Source: Lingula anatina
Taxonomy: Eukaryota > Animalia > Brachiopoda
Assembly: GCA_051362555.1 (NCBI GenBank)
Contig: CM120643.1
Location: 22,572,848 to 22,636,847 of the forward strand
Length of the DNA: 64,000 bases
Direction: 5' to 3'
Positions 49,195 through 61,663 of this stretch are shown piece by piece. Position numbers and translations under genes: made by a program. The notes under the pieces were generated by a model that worked only from the letters and a program-made list of their open reading frames with translations, made no database searches and was not told the DNA's origin. Within the stretch, counting starts at the first letter, position 1. Each line of letters starts with the position of its first letter.

Positions 49195-49531
49195 AGGGAT
49201 AATAACTCTTCGTATGAGATCTATATTTCCCAATAAAAACATTGTGAATAACTCACAGAAATATAATATATTCTGTTGTACCACAAAAACTGCAGTTACA
49301 GCTATTATTCTGATATCTGAGCTTGTCTTTAGACCACATGACCTCCATTGATGGCTATACTCTGTTAAAATCTCTTAAGAGATTTTAACAAAAAACCAAA
49401 CTTTTTAGAAAAAAACCAGAGACTAACTTTGAATGTAAAAATGGATTCATTTACCATTGGTAAGTATGGGAAAATTGTTGTTTACTCCAGGAAAATTGAT
49501 TTTTTGGCCGAAACGAAGAGTTATTATCCCT
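49195..49531 (+). mobile_element. Kolobok-like MITE, full length, perfect 19-bp TIR
   Basis: TTAA|AGGGATAATAACTCTTCGT...ACGAAGAGTTATTATCCCT|TTAA. A TTAA target with purine termini fits Kolobok rather than piggyBac. Confidence 0.88.
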
Positions 49532-51272
49532 TTAAATTCAGGGTAACCATTTTTGTTTTTCTAACAATAAAGCTTTGGTATGCCAAATACACAAATTCAA
49601 TAATAAAAAGTACCAACAAAATATTTGAAGCTTTTATTTTGATGAACTGTGATATTCCACCATAATGGCTCCAGTGCCAATCGTACATGACAGCAACATT
49701 GAGATTATTAGAACAAAGTCAACTTATTATCATTTATTAATGTTATAGTACAGCTTCCAAACCAAGAAAGATGCTTCTTCCCAATGGCGCAAGTCTCTCC
49801 AGTATGAATTCAGATGGCATTATCAGTTATACGTTCAAGAGTTTAAAAAAAAAAAAGGAAGATATTTAGCTGTGCTGTGCAGCATTAAAGCTTACAACGA
49901 TGCCATGTGGAACTTGGATTTCCTTGCAAGATTTAGATCCCTCCTCCCTCTCTCTCTATTTTTTGAAAGGGGGGGGGGGGGTGAAGTTGATGTATTTGAG
50001 ACTGGACTGAGACCGATTTAATGGAAAATGGAGGAAATTTAAGTGAGAGTACCAAATGGCATAATATGACATGTCAAACAGAAACTAGGATTCTTAAAGA
50101 GTTCAGAAAGTGCAAGCTGGCATTAGAACATTACTGTACAGTCTGTGAATATATAAATGCCAAATTCCACGGAATCCTTTTTGTGTGGGCACTACAAATG
50201 AGCTTAACTGAATCTTGATGGTGGAACAACCCAAACAGATTTTATTTACAATTTCCACCCAGTGTTTACTAATAACACCTTCCATTTCTTGACAAGAACC
50301 ACCAAGTCTCTTCCAAATTTCATTCACAGCCGATGATCGTTGTAGGGTAGTTTTGTAAGTTATGTACCTGTAACATACTTGGCATTTTTCTTCCGCGCCT
50401 GTAAATTATCATCGTCTGCATTTTACAGTTAATGCCCCAAAGATACTCATTATAGAACCACTGACAAAATGACTTTAGGCTAAAAATATTTACCAATTTT
50501 ACATTTTTGGTAATTGATTGGTAATAAAAATTGGTGGTGTTTGGGGGGGGGGGGGGGGGGGGGGGAGAGAGGCAACTTGTGCCAAAAAGTAATATCTTAG
50601 CCATTCAGCTAAATGTCTTTCTTCCACTCTCTCTTAAAAAAACAAAAACTCATCTGGTTGAAGACTTGCTCCCATTGAAAAGAAGCCAGTGCACAAATGG
50701 GTGAGGGGAAATAATCATCACTGTCCTGGTTTGGCTTGGTGTGTCTGGTACTGTTTAGAAGCTGCTTGGAATACCTATGTCATGTTATGACTTCTAGGCT
50801 GCACAGATTACAAACAAAATTACCATGAGAAATAAGAAGAAAAGGTTCTTACAGAACCTCCAACCGAACTTTATAAAAAACTGGACTGTTTGTATTGTAT
50901 GTGTTTGGGTTTGTGTTCAGGTCTGTGATATCTTACGGCATAGCCCCCTTACAAACTTACTGCAACCCAGGCTGACAAGATGGGGTTTTTCAGCTAAAGG
51001 AAGAGATCATATTCTAGATACGCAGTATGTCCATGCTGGCTCACACCAATGACCTAAATATATTTTCTAGGCCACTGACCTAGTTATTATATCTAGGTCA
51101 ATGTTCACACTAACAAGCTTTCCACCTTGAGAGACAACCTTAATAAAACTTGTTCAGATTGAACCAGTGGCATTATTAAACTCATTTTGTTTACTCAATT
51201 TGTTTTTGGTGAATGGACAAAAATTCTTTCAGCTAAATAAATTTCAGATAAATTTTTTTGTGCAAATTTCAT

Positions 51273-51630
51273 CCCAGCAAAAACTGGTCCATATGTTGCG
51301 CCTTCATACCACAGGCCAGTAACAGGAGTTAAGCCTAGGTCCCAACGGAACGTACGGGCTGCTACGTGTGGTCTACGGCCCAAAAAATGGGGAAAATGTG
51401 GGAGTTCGTGCGTGAGGAGCACGTCCATGATGCGACTTTTGGAGGACGCAAACAGCATGTAGAAACTTTTTGACATGATCAACAGCCGTTACGTGCGATC
51501 TAGCTATGTCCTAGCCGGACGCAAGGAACCTAAAAACCGTGTGTCCAAAACATAGTTGGGACCTAGGCTTTACACGGTAAATACTCCTATAACTGGGCCT
51601 GTTAGAGCATGTATGATGTTTGGGTTTTGG
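51273..51630. mobile_element. Degenerate foldback/TIR element (EnSpm-like)
   Basis: Starts CCCAGCAAAAAC. AGGCCAGTAACAGGAGT..AAGCCTAGGTCCCAAC (~51312-51346) is inverted relative to GTTGGGACCTAGGCTT..ACTCCTATAACTGGGCCT (~51555-51600). The region is a CpG-rich patch. Confidence 0.55.
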
Positions 51631-52224
51631 CGTATGCCACCAGAACCACACTCTTACCACACGCCCGTACTGGTAGAACTCTCACAAAATTTCCACTCCA
51701 CATTTCATATCTATCACACAGGAAGTCCACGTTATGCTAATCATGTGTAGTGCCATTCTGACCTTTAAAAAGAAGAAGATTCAATCTTATTTTCCGAAAT
51801 GAAATGACTTGAGAAGTGACTAAAAGAATAAATAACAAAGTTAACATTAAAAAACTGAATGATCAATGAAAATCAAATACAAATAGAAATGAATAAAAAA
51901 TTAACATTGCCTATTCGGTTTATCATCTCTTTAATACACACCGACCTCAACACAAAAGTTTCCATTATCCCATGTTGGCAGCAATATTGTTAATTCCTCA
52001 AATTCCCAAAAGACCCCCCCCCCCCCCCCCCCCCCCCCCCCGATGAAATCTCCTTGGCCATCAATATACCAAAAGAAATAAAATACATGGCTCATTTCTA
52101 GGATCACAAATCTTAAAGGAAAAAATCTACCCACACAAGAGAACCACCTTGGTAGGTATTACAATTTTTAAAAGAAGAAACATTAACAGCTAGACTCTAT
52201 GCTTTATTCCGTAAACACAGTGTA

Positions 52225-52260
<36 letters not shown>

Positions 52261-53676
52261 TAATTTGGGTAATTTTGTATAACAATACAGCTTTTACCAT
52301 CTTTATTGAAAGAAGCATTTATAAGGAAGGGGGGAGATCTTACAGGCTTAAGAATTATTACTTCCATCTTTTCATGAATTTTGGTCAATGTAGAGTGATG
52401 GCACATGAGAGCAGTACCAGTACGCACAGACCCAAGAAATCCCATCTGTCAGCTGCACCCAGAGCATCTGCCCTGTCATCCACACACACACAATGCAATA
52501 ATTAATAATAATAATATAATGACAATAGGAACGAACTCACAAGACACTGTATTGTAAAACAAGTGGAATATAATAATAATTATAATAATATATATATTTA
52601 TATATAAACTTCAATAGACAGTCCTTTTTAATTTGCTACTGCCTAAAAAATAATAATGGGGCACATTTACAGACAGACATTGCTTGTGGCACTAAGAGGA
52701 TTAAGGACTGACCGGCGGACTGACAGTCAGTCTGACATCATTTTGGGACTGACCCAGTCCAGTTAAGTATTGGGCTTCGGCCACTGCTCCCCTTCCAGCC
52801 CAGTCCAGACATTTTTAATGGTTCTCTGACCCCTGCCAGTCACTTCAATCTGCAGAGTGCTTTCACTTAGCTTATGCATGGTAGCATCTTCTTTACATTA
52901 GGAACCAAAAGGTCAGAAGGTTCGCTTGGTTAATGTTGGTCTGTTTCTGATTTCCTGCAACTAGTCCAGTTTCGTTATCAGTGATTAGATCTGAGCATTC
53001 CCATTAAAGTTGTCTGTCCTGTTGGTAAGGGGCCGTAATCTCACAAGCCACAATATGCAGTCATTATATATCCCCCCTTCCATATAGCTTATAGGAGAAA
53101 GAACAAATAATAATAATAATAATACAACAGCACAAGTGCTACACATGTGCAATTTGGAAGAAATAAAATGTCAATGAGATCTTGTGGTTACTTAAATTTT
53201 TTTGTTTTGTTTTTAGTTTTTTTAATCTTTTTCAAGCTGGGCATGGTGCAAGGCCTTTCTTGGATGAATACAGACAGAGAGGGCCCTCTGCTGGCAGTGT
53301 ATGGCCTGTCTTGCATTATATACAACAACACCACTGCCTTCAACTTGGGAAAAGTATCACCGGTCGGTCGGTTGTCCTGCACCCTGCCTTGCTCCACTGC
53401 TGTTTAACTTTGTAACTGTGACAGCTGTAACCATGGCAGGAACAGCCACATTGGAGTGACCTTGACCTATTGTAGGTCACATGAACACATTGAGCAAGAG
53501 GACAACATTCTACTGTACTTTGCCAATTTCTCTTAGCTGTGGTAACTAAACCACAGCAAGAGATAGCAAAAAAAATTGCCAAAATTATAAAACAAATCTT
53601 AGGATGCCAGAGAGCACTCCTATTGGCTGGCTTTTTATCCACTTAGAAAAAACTAAATGGCTCGTGCGTGACTGCA

Positions 53677-54375
53677 TCACAAGTTGCTTCTTGTTGTCCC
53701 CCCATTTGATGTCAGTGGTGCCCCCGAAGACGAGGTCAGCGACGAATCATTCGTCAAGGAGGAGTCAGAATATGCTTCTAAATTAGCAATAACTTCACTG
53801 TATTCTGGGGGTAAGTCATTTCTACTTCCGCTGCTACTCCCACTTGTGTGTCGTGAGTGCTCTCCTCCTCCTCCTCCAGCACTAGCACTAGTACAACTAC
53901 AGGGTCTCTGCACAAGTTCCCTGTCTCTAAGATTGCTATGCATTTGACACGATAAGCTATTACAGCGCACAACAGTTGGGGTGCTATTACAGTCTCGCAC
54001 CAAACGCCCCACCATGGATGATGAAGACGACGATGATGTCGACGGTGCTTTCCTTCGTTGCTGCCACTCTAGCAGTCCAGCTGAATGTGATCGGTACGGC
54101 GGAGGGCTTTCACCGTCAAAGATTGTCTTATTTGGGGGAGGGCGGAAGCACTCTCTCTCCAGCTCCTTACTGGGATTACAGGCAGAGATTTGTAACAGTC
54201 TCCGGCTAGTCACATAGCCCTCCTCGCCATCTTCAGAGATCGGGATGGAGGGTGGGAGCTCCATATCCATATCCATCTGTACAGACTGATATCGAATTTG
54301 TCGTTCCCGTTGCATTGCTATCTCACGCTCAAAGCGACTGGGAGGGGTTGATGGGATTGGAGGCACATACATTAC
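53677..54375 (-). CDS. LDLRAD4: Last coding exon of a PMEPA1/LDLRAD4 (TMEPAI family) protein
   Basis: Acceptor TTTCTGCAG| at 54376. The translation has ELPPSIPISEDGEE, ELERECFRPPPNKTIFD, PPPY and LPPEYSEVI, matching the vertebrate family motifs DLPPTISLSDGEE, ELNRESVRAPPNRTIFD and PPTYSEV. It is probably co-orthologous to PMEPA1 and LDLRAD4. I did not find upstream (TM/LDLa) exons in the window. Confidence 0.8.
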   Translation of the reverse strand, partial: VMYVPPIPSTPPSRFEREIAMQRERQIRYQSVQMDMDMELPPSIPISEDGEEGYVTSRRLLQISACNPSKELERECFRPPPNKTIFDGESPPPYRSHSAGLLEWQQRRKAPSTSSSSSSSMVGRLVRDCNSTPTVVRCNSLSCQMHSNLRDRELVQRPCSCTSASAGGGGGEHSRHTSGSSSGSRNDLPPEYSEVIANLEAYSDSSLTNDSSLTSSSGAPLTSNGGTTRSNL

Positions 54376-56744
54376 CTGCAGAAATAAAAAGAGTGGATGT
54401 TAATAAATGCCTTCCACACACTAATACATGTACAAGCCTGGCTGTCAGAAAACTTTCCACTACTGCAGCAGCTTCTGACAACACAAGCTATGTGTGTATA
54501 AATAAGAGGGTAAATGATGTAAGTACAACCTGCTGTACTTTGATATCATATGCAGCCAGGGATGGTTGCACTTCTCAGGAGGTGAATGACCCTTATGCAC
54601 TACACCTGGAAGCATGGGTGAGATTGCAGGGATAGGGTTTTATTTCATGGGATTCCGTTATTACCAGTGTTACAAAAATGGAATGATGAATGTTCATTTA
54701 TTTATCATACCTCAGGGCTATCAATCTAGATTTTTGTTCAGACAAATTTTGCTTGAAAACTCCTTTGTTTCTCAAACCCAGGAGATATTTCAAATCTGGC
54801 ATAACCCTTTGCTAGTTTGACTCTTCCATGTTCACCTTTATTTTCATCCTGCCCCCCCCCCCCCCGGCCCCTCCCCAGGCACCTCTCAGCAGTGTTCACA
54901 ACTTGGTCAACTTAGACCATTACAGGAATGCTTGGTTTCTTACCATGGGGTTTCCCATTTGCCTAGGCCTTTTGGTGATGTAATTTCACCATATTTCTGG
55001 TCTACCTTAGTCTTTATGTGAACATGCCCTTCCTTTCAATAACCAATGTCTGCACGCAAGCAGCAATTCCTAAGAATTAAGGGAATCCAATATTCCGATA
55101 AAAAATTACAACGATAAGCAGCCAAGATTCCTGGTATTCCTCTGACCCAGACAGATTAAGTTCTTTCCTGGAAACTGACACTTCTAACTCCCTACAGTCA
55201 GAATCGGTTTTGTAGAGAGACAAAATGGTCAATTTGGACACACTGTATATACATTTCCACAAATAATTGCACTCACTACTTAACTTGTATAGCACAAACA
55301 CAAACATTCATTTGCTAGCGATAATAAAGAATTTCAGAGACCAGCTTTCAAAGAAGGTAAGGGTTACTTGAAGGTTTGTTCAGGCACACAATAATTGAAG
55401 AAGACTGTCTGTCTGGAATGGACTAGAGATGTCTCAGGGAATAAATTACCCATAGTTGCCTAGCAACAGTACAGTGATCAAGCACAAGGGTCAAACAGTG
55501 CACTGACTGCCCACTCTGGTGGGGGGGGGGGGGGGGGGGGGGTAGAGAGAGAGAATTTGTGCTTGTGAATATTTTAAATGGGAAAGTGGGGAAAAACTAA
55601 AAAAAAAAAAAAAAAATTACAACCCATTTCATATAGCCATTTACATTCTTATCTTTACAGCCTGTTTTCTAACCAGGCATGACATCAAAGCAATTTACTT
55701 ATAAAGAAAACTGCTTACTTTTAGGCTACACCAGCACACACAACTTAGATTATGACTCAAAAGCTCTGCCCATTCAACAACTGCTCTGTCCATTTTCATT
55801 AAAACTGACAATCCAACTTGTTTGTAGATAATTCCACAGCTGTTTTTTTCATAACAGTCGCCCAGATTAGAAAGAAAAGTACAGATAGAAAGTATTTCAA
55901 GCTCAGATGGACATTAAATTATGTTACAGCAATTTCTGCTCAATTTAAAATAAGTATATACCATATTACATCAACTTCTATTGAGAGAGAGAGAGAGAGA
56001 GAGCACCTGCTTTGTGAATCACAGCCCCTTGCTCCTGTTTCGGCAGTATTAAAAACAACGCAGTTCAGTAATGCATTCCTGAACCCCAAAACAGAACATG
56101 ACATTACTTTTAATGCTCGTTAATTCGAATGGGGTAGAGGTGCAAAAAATTATTTACCAATTAGCGAGCTAGTGACGTTTGAAAAGTTCCATTGAATAAC
56201 CCTTTTGTACATGCACATAAGTACAACTAGCCTATCATATATACAACTTTCCCCTAAAATACTGTTGCATATATTATTCCAGAATGTAGACAAGCTCTTT
56301 TTTTTTTCTTCTTCCACTGACAGGCAAAGGGATAGGGCAGACAGTGTATTATAAAAAAGGGCACAAAACTCAGCAAGTAAACAAGTTTTTTAACATGCCT
56401 TTTCAATGTTTGGTGACTAGTTGTTGTCATTTTTTCCCCTGCTACACAATCCACAGATATATAAATGCTTTTTTAAATAATTGTGCCATGTAAAGGCAGT
56501 AATGTGGAAACAGTGTATGATATCTAATTTAAACTGCAGAATAAGCAACTTGCTGTTTTTAGGTTAGTTCAAATTTACTTTGTGCATGTAAATGCCAAGG
56601 TTGCTATAGGCATTTCAACATTTAGGTTTCTTTGAAATTGGTCTTTTCTAATGTTTATTACAGCCAAACCCTCAATGCAGAGACATAAATGTAACACTGA
56701 AACAAGAGCAGACGCAGTGCAATTTCTTGTACAATAAATTTGAA

Positions 56745-56902
56745 GGGGGCGTCTCGATAGTCCGAAGGTTCATTGGTCCGAAGGTTCATTGGTCCGAAAA
56801 GTGGTAACATTTTCATAGATTTTTTAATCAAGGATTCATTGGTCCGAAGGTTCTATAGTGAACATTCGGACCAATGAACCTTAGGACTATCGCTACGGCC
56901 CC
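56745..56902 (+). mobile_element. Small MITE with 8-bp TSD, copy 1
   Basis: GGGGGCGTCTCGATAGTCCGAAGGTTCATTGG...GGACTATCGCTACGGCCCC flanked by AATTTGAA on both sides. Confidence 0.88.
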
Positions 56903-57268
56903 AATTTGAAATGTTATCCAAAAATGCGAAATGTTAATGAGCTCATCATATCAAAACAATGACCCATTTCTATCTATTCAGTTCTACTGGAACACATTTC
57001 CCTAACCATAAATTTGAAAAACACTTTAAAAACATGGCAACATTACTAACATCAGAGATGAAAAGAAAATTCCACATGTAAATACATATATTCATATTAA
57101 GTGTGCAAAAAAAAAATTTCCAATTTCTTGGAAAAAGGAAGAACCTGACATGCAGGTTAATGCGTTAATATAAATTGCTTCATTAATATCTTATATCAAA
57201 GTGAGCAGTAGATCATCATATATATCACAATTACAGCTGTGACTGATATATGTTTATATCTAAATTTT

Positions 57269-57442
57269 GGGGGCGTCTCGATAGTCCGAAGGTTCATTGG
57301 TCCGAAGGTTCATTGGTCCGAAAAGTGGTAGCATTTTTATCGATTTTTTAATCAAGGGTTCATTGGTCCGAAGGTTCTATAGTGAACATTCGGACCAATG
57401 AACCTTCGGACTATTGAACCTTCGGACTATCGCTACGGCCCC
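57269..57442 (+). mobile_element. Small MITE with 8-bp TSD, copy 2
   Basis: Same element as 56745-56902 with one extra subrepeat, flanked by TAAATTTT on both sides. Confidence 0.88.
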
Positions 57443-58473
57443 TAAATTTTAGCTAAATGTCTGAATTTATGCCATACAAAAATCAAAATGCTGGATTATA
57501 TATATATAATCAATCATTATCTTTTCATTTTCGTTTAACATTACTCCATCATGATTATAAAAGAGCAACAGAAAAAAAAAAAACATCCAAAAGTCAAAAA
57601 TTTATACATCATTTCTAAATCATGATTTTATTTCAAAGTCACATAATTAGGATAATTAAACTGCAGTTATAAGGCTGATAGTGAGAAACAGAAATCATAG
57701 ACATGAGTTTTAGTCTAAAAAAAAAAAAAAAATTAATAGTACATACCCGTTTGTATGCACCAAATATTCAGATAGCAGCTGGCAATCCCAGCATGCTTTA
57801 AAATCAATAAAATATGACCAGCAGCTTTTTTCCCCCCTCTTTCTAAATAATAAGACCAAAGAACTCTGGGTTGAACTTTGCACAAGGTCATACCTATGGG
57901 TCCTATTTAACTCCCGCAGGCAGTGGATGGCTTTTCTAATGCAACCATATAGCCAGTGACCAGTGTGGCTTTTTTCCTGTCTGGTGAACTCCAGGTCAGA
58001 CTGTCTGATTCAGTTATAGCACAGGGTCGCTGGGTTACATAACACCTCAGATCTGTGCTCTCAGCTGACCTTTGCCAGTCTGTTCACCGCCAGGCCTGTT
58101 TACACTTAGCGCTGCCAGGGTGGATCTGACATGCTTTTAATAGTCGACAAGTTTATGAAAAGGGCTAGTGCATTTCATGATGATTGGGACCCAACATCTA
58201 TACAAAGATGCGTCACTTTTTTAGTTAACTTACCCAACCTTTTTAAAGGAAGACAATGCCTACAGCGTGCTTTCAACAAGTTTAACAGTCCAAGATTACT
58301 GCTTCTTAAGTATTAAATGTTACTCTCTGATTTTCAACAGGTTAACAGGGGCCTTCATAACTACGATGCATCCATCGCAAAAAAGGGGGCCACATGATTG
58401 GAGGTGTAAAAACTGATGTTCAGCAGGTTTATGGAGGGGGAGGGGGTCTTTACTTAGGAACATTACAAATGGG

Positions 58474-58753
58474 GGATCAAAATGTGTGTATTCCTTAAAA
58501 CAGACAGACAGACAGACAGACAAACTGACACCAATGAGTCTGCACCTAAGGTACATAATTAATCACACCTACTTCTCACCATGGTCCAGTCTGGCTGTAT
58601 GGATGAAACTGACCACTACTGACCACAAGAGGTCACTGGGGACCAGCAGAGGTCAAGCTGTCTGAGAAGGGCACTGAACCAGTGGTCAGAAAATTGCTAG
58701 GTTCTGATAAATGGGCTAGGTCAGACTGTCTGTCACATTAAGAGGGATACATG

Positions 58754-58784
<31 letters not shown>

Positions 58785-58810
58785 TTTAAGGAATACACAC
58801 ATTTTGATCC
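58474..58810. repeat. Inverted repeat pair (~48-bp arms, including a (CAGA)n tract)
   Basis: GGATCAAAATGTGTGTATTCCTTAAAACAGACAGAC.. versus ..GTCTGTCTGTTTTAAGGAATACACACATTTTGATCC. Confidence 0.85.
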
Positions 58811-59476
58811 TCCAACAGGTGATCAAAATTATCCTGTCCGTCATGGGTAGAAGATCGTTAAAAAATAAATGTGAACATGTATGTTTTTGTCAGATTGGAT
58901 GATGAAAGGAAAAAATCAATTCACAAGAAAGTTCGCCCTACATGTATTTTACAATCATATTGTAGTCTGTCAGTCTATCTGGCTGTTGTATTATAGTTTA
59001 TATGTGTGAAATTTAAGTTTTGTCATACTAAATGTTGCAAGGAAATATTTTTCCAATTCACTGCAGTCCGCACTTAGGATAATATCAAAAATTTTTATTG
59101 TTATATGAGAAGGTGGTTATATCAACCCGTTTGTCAGTCTGTCTAGTTAAACTGTCAGTCCACCAGTCAATAAATCAATCTGTCTGTCTCTAAGTCAGAT
59201 ATTGGCATATTGGCATATCTGAAGATATAACAACAAACTTTCAGCAATTAAATAACATCATGGGCAAATAAACCTAAGACCATATGCAGCTATGCTGCAA
59301 AAACACTTTAGAGCAAGGGAGGGAGGGAGATAGAGAGAGAGAGAGAGGAGGAGAGAGGGCTTACAATCAGCTGACATGGATTGACATCCTCTTTAATGGC
59401 AACATGAGTTAGTATGGTAGACCTTTTTCAAAGAAAGATGGATATCTTTGGTGTAGTCAGCTTGTTCTTTCTTTAA

Positions 59477-59732
59477 GATCCCATTCCCATAAAGATACCA
59501 TTGATCTACTTGGATTGACCCAACTCTTTAGGGACTCTGGGCAAGTGCAATCAGCTTATTTAATCGACACACCTCAAACTGTTTCCAACGTACTTGTACT
59601 ATCACAGACTTTTCTGTACTCTACTTATTAATGTCAGGTGTGTCATTCAGTTAAGCTGATTGCAGTCAGCAAAAGTCCCCACAGAGTTGGGTCGATACAC
59701 TAAGACCCCATGTTGTTTATGGCAATCGGGCC
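59477..59732. mobile_element. Degenerate PIF/Harbinger-like MITE
   Basis: CCCATTCCCATAAA..TTGACCCAACTCT is inverted relative to AGAGTTGGGTCGA..TTTATGGCAATCGGG. Confidence 0.45.
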
Positions 59733-61623
59733 TATGACATGGGGTTAGAAGAATGTTCAAGATGCCACTCAGACTGTCTGGTAGAAGTGAAGAGCACTCG
59801 GGGATATGTGTCAACATGTTACAATAAAGTAATTCATTTCCTGGTTTAAAACATTTTTTATCTGTTTCTAATTTATCTAGGGTAACTTAAATTTTGGTCT
59901 AAAAGTTTTGATTATCTTTTGGAATTTAAGTTATTTTGTGACACTGGCACCAGAAATCTAGAAGCTTTATGTGGATAATCACAGTGAAGAGTGCAACTTT
60001 GACATCTTGTGAATTATTCCTCCATGGCATTTCTCAAATGATCACGTGTTGCTAAAATGTTTTTGTCATTCTTTTTTTAAAAGAAATTTAAAGGTTTAAG
60101 ATATCATAAATATCATTTACAGATAAGTAGTTCACCACAAGATGTTATTAAAAACTTGGGCATTTTTCCTCTGGATGAAATTAATTAGCAATTCTTCCCC
60201 AAATCAATAATCAGCTGAGGAACGTCGGTGATGTCATTTGCATTTTCTGTATTGAGATATCATTTTCTTTTCCACTCCATGGTACAGTTTGTGAACCTTT
60301 TTCATAATACATAGGAAGGCAGATAGATTTTTCTTTTGACTGTCAAGATAATGGCAACATACTATGGCATGACATTTCTTCCAATAAAAAGGTCACCACG
60401 AATGGCTGCCACAGTTCTCGCCAGCCCCAATCCACATTACATCAGCCACACACGGACTACCAAACCATGAAAATAAATTCCAGACACCATTCAAAATGCA
60501 TATTGGATTTACCTGAGCAGAGGAATAAAAACTGAAAGGCAGGGAAAAAGAATGGTACATATTTGCCATTGTGTTGGGTAATAGACTCCGCAGACAGATT
60601 GATTTTATATGTTATGCCACTGCTTTTCTTTGGGTTTTATTACAACAGTTAGGAGAAAACCACACGGAGATAAATACAATATCCCTGCCACGGATACCAT
60701 GTTAGGCATTTCTGGATCCCAAATACAAACAAGAACATGGAGAGAAATATCTACTAGAGTTACCATTTTTCTTCTCTTTATTCAGGATATACATTTTAAT
60801 GAGTAAGATAAGCACTTTCGGTCCCCTACACCCACACAACTGTTTTTCACAGACATCTGTACTTTTTTCTCTTTCCAAAATCGATATATATTACCTCGAT
60901 CTGTCTAGACGTCTCAGTGAGTCAGAAGGGAAGGGCAACTGTGCAATTTCCCATTGCTGCTGTCCATGCACACGCACAGGTCCTGTTCAGACTGATGCAC
61001 ATAAGGACCAAAAATTGGTCCAAAAAAGACACCATCTATCTGCTCATCCATGATGTTGGCCATGCTTGCACTGAACTACTTAAGAACCGAAATCTGTCCA
61101 AAACACACTATCAATCTAGTCATCAATGACACATTTTAGGATGACAACCAGTCTACAACTGCCCTTGTCTGAGCACCGCTGCAGACACATGGAAAGACAC
61201 AGACAAACATCACAGACATAAGTTAAAGGTCTATAGAACAGAAAAAAATTATGACCCAGATGATCAATCTGGGTTTTGCTACCACGTTTGTTCAATATCC
61301 CAAGTAAATCATTTACTATGAAAACAGGAAAGTTACATAAAATGCCTATCCCTTATAAAAACTCTGCTCCACAGTTTTTTTTCCAAAAATCAAATTACTT
61401 TTTATGTCATTCTTTATATTTTTTCCTACTAAATCATTATTCTGTCTACATCTAGAGAATATGCTATTCTCCTCAGGTATCCCTGCAGGTGAAAAAGGCT
61501 TATAACATATTTGCCTTATCTTTTACCACTGATAAAGCGCTGTCTGCACAAACTTCTGGGGCCCACAGAGGGGAAAATCCATAGTTACGACGAGGCCCAG
61601 CGGGGTTGTCCGTCTGTAAGACA

Positions 61624-61663
<40 letters not shown>

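Noticed and set aside
52226-52258. Long poly(A) run as a retroposon tail
   Set aside because: No TSD or SINE/LINE body is recognisable, and homopolymer runs are common throughout the window.
56745-57442. Short regularly repeated units resembling a CRISPR array
   Set aside because: Eukaryotic context, no unique spacers and no cas genes. The units lie within TSD-flanked MITEs.
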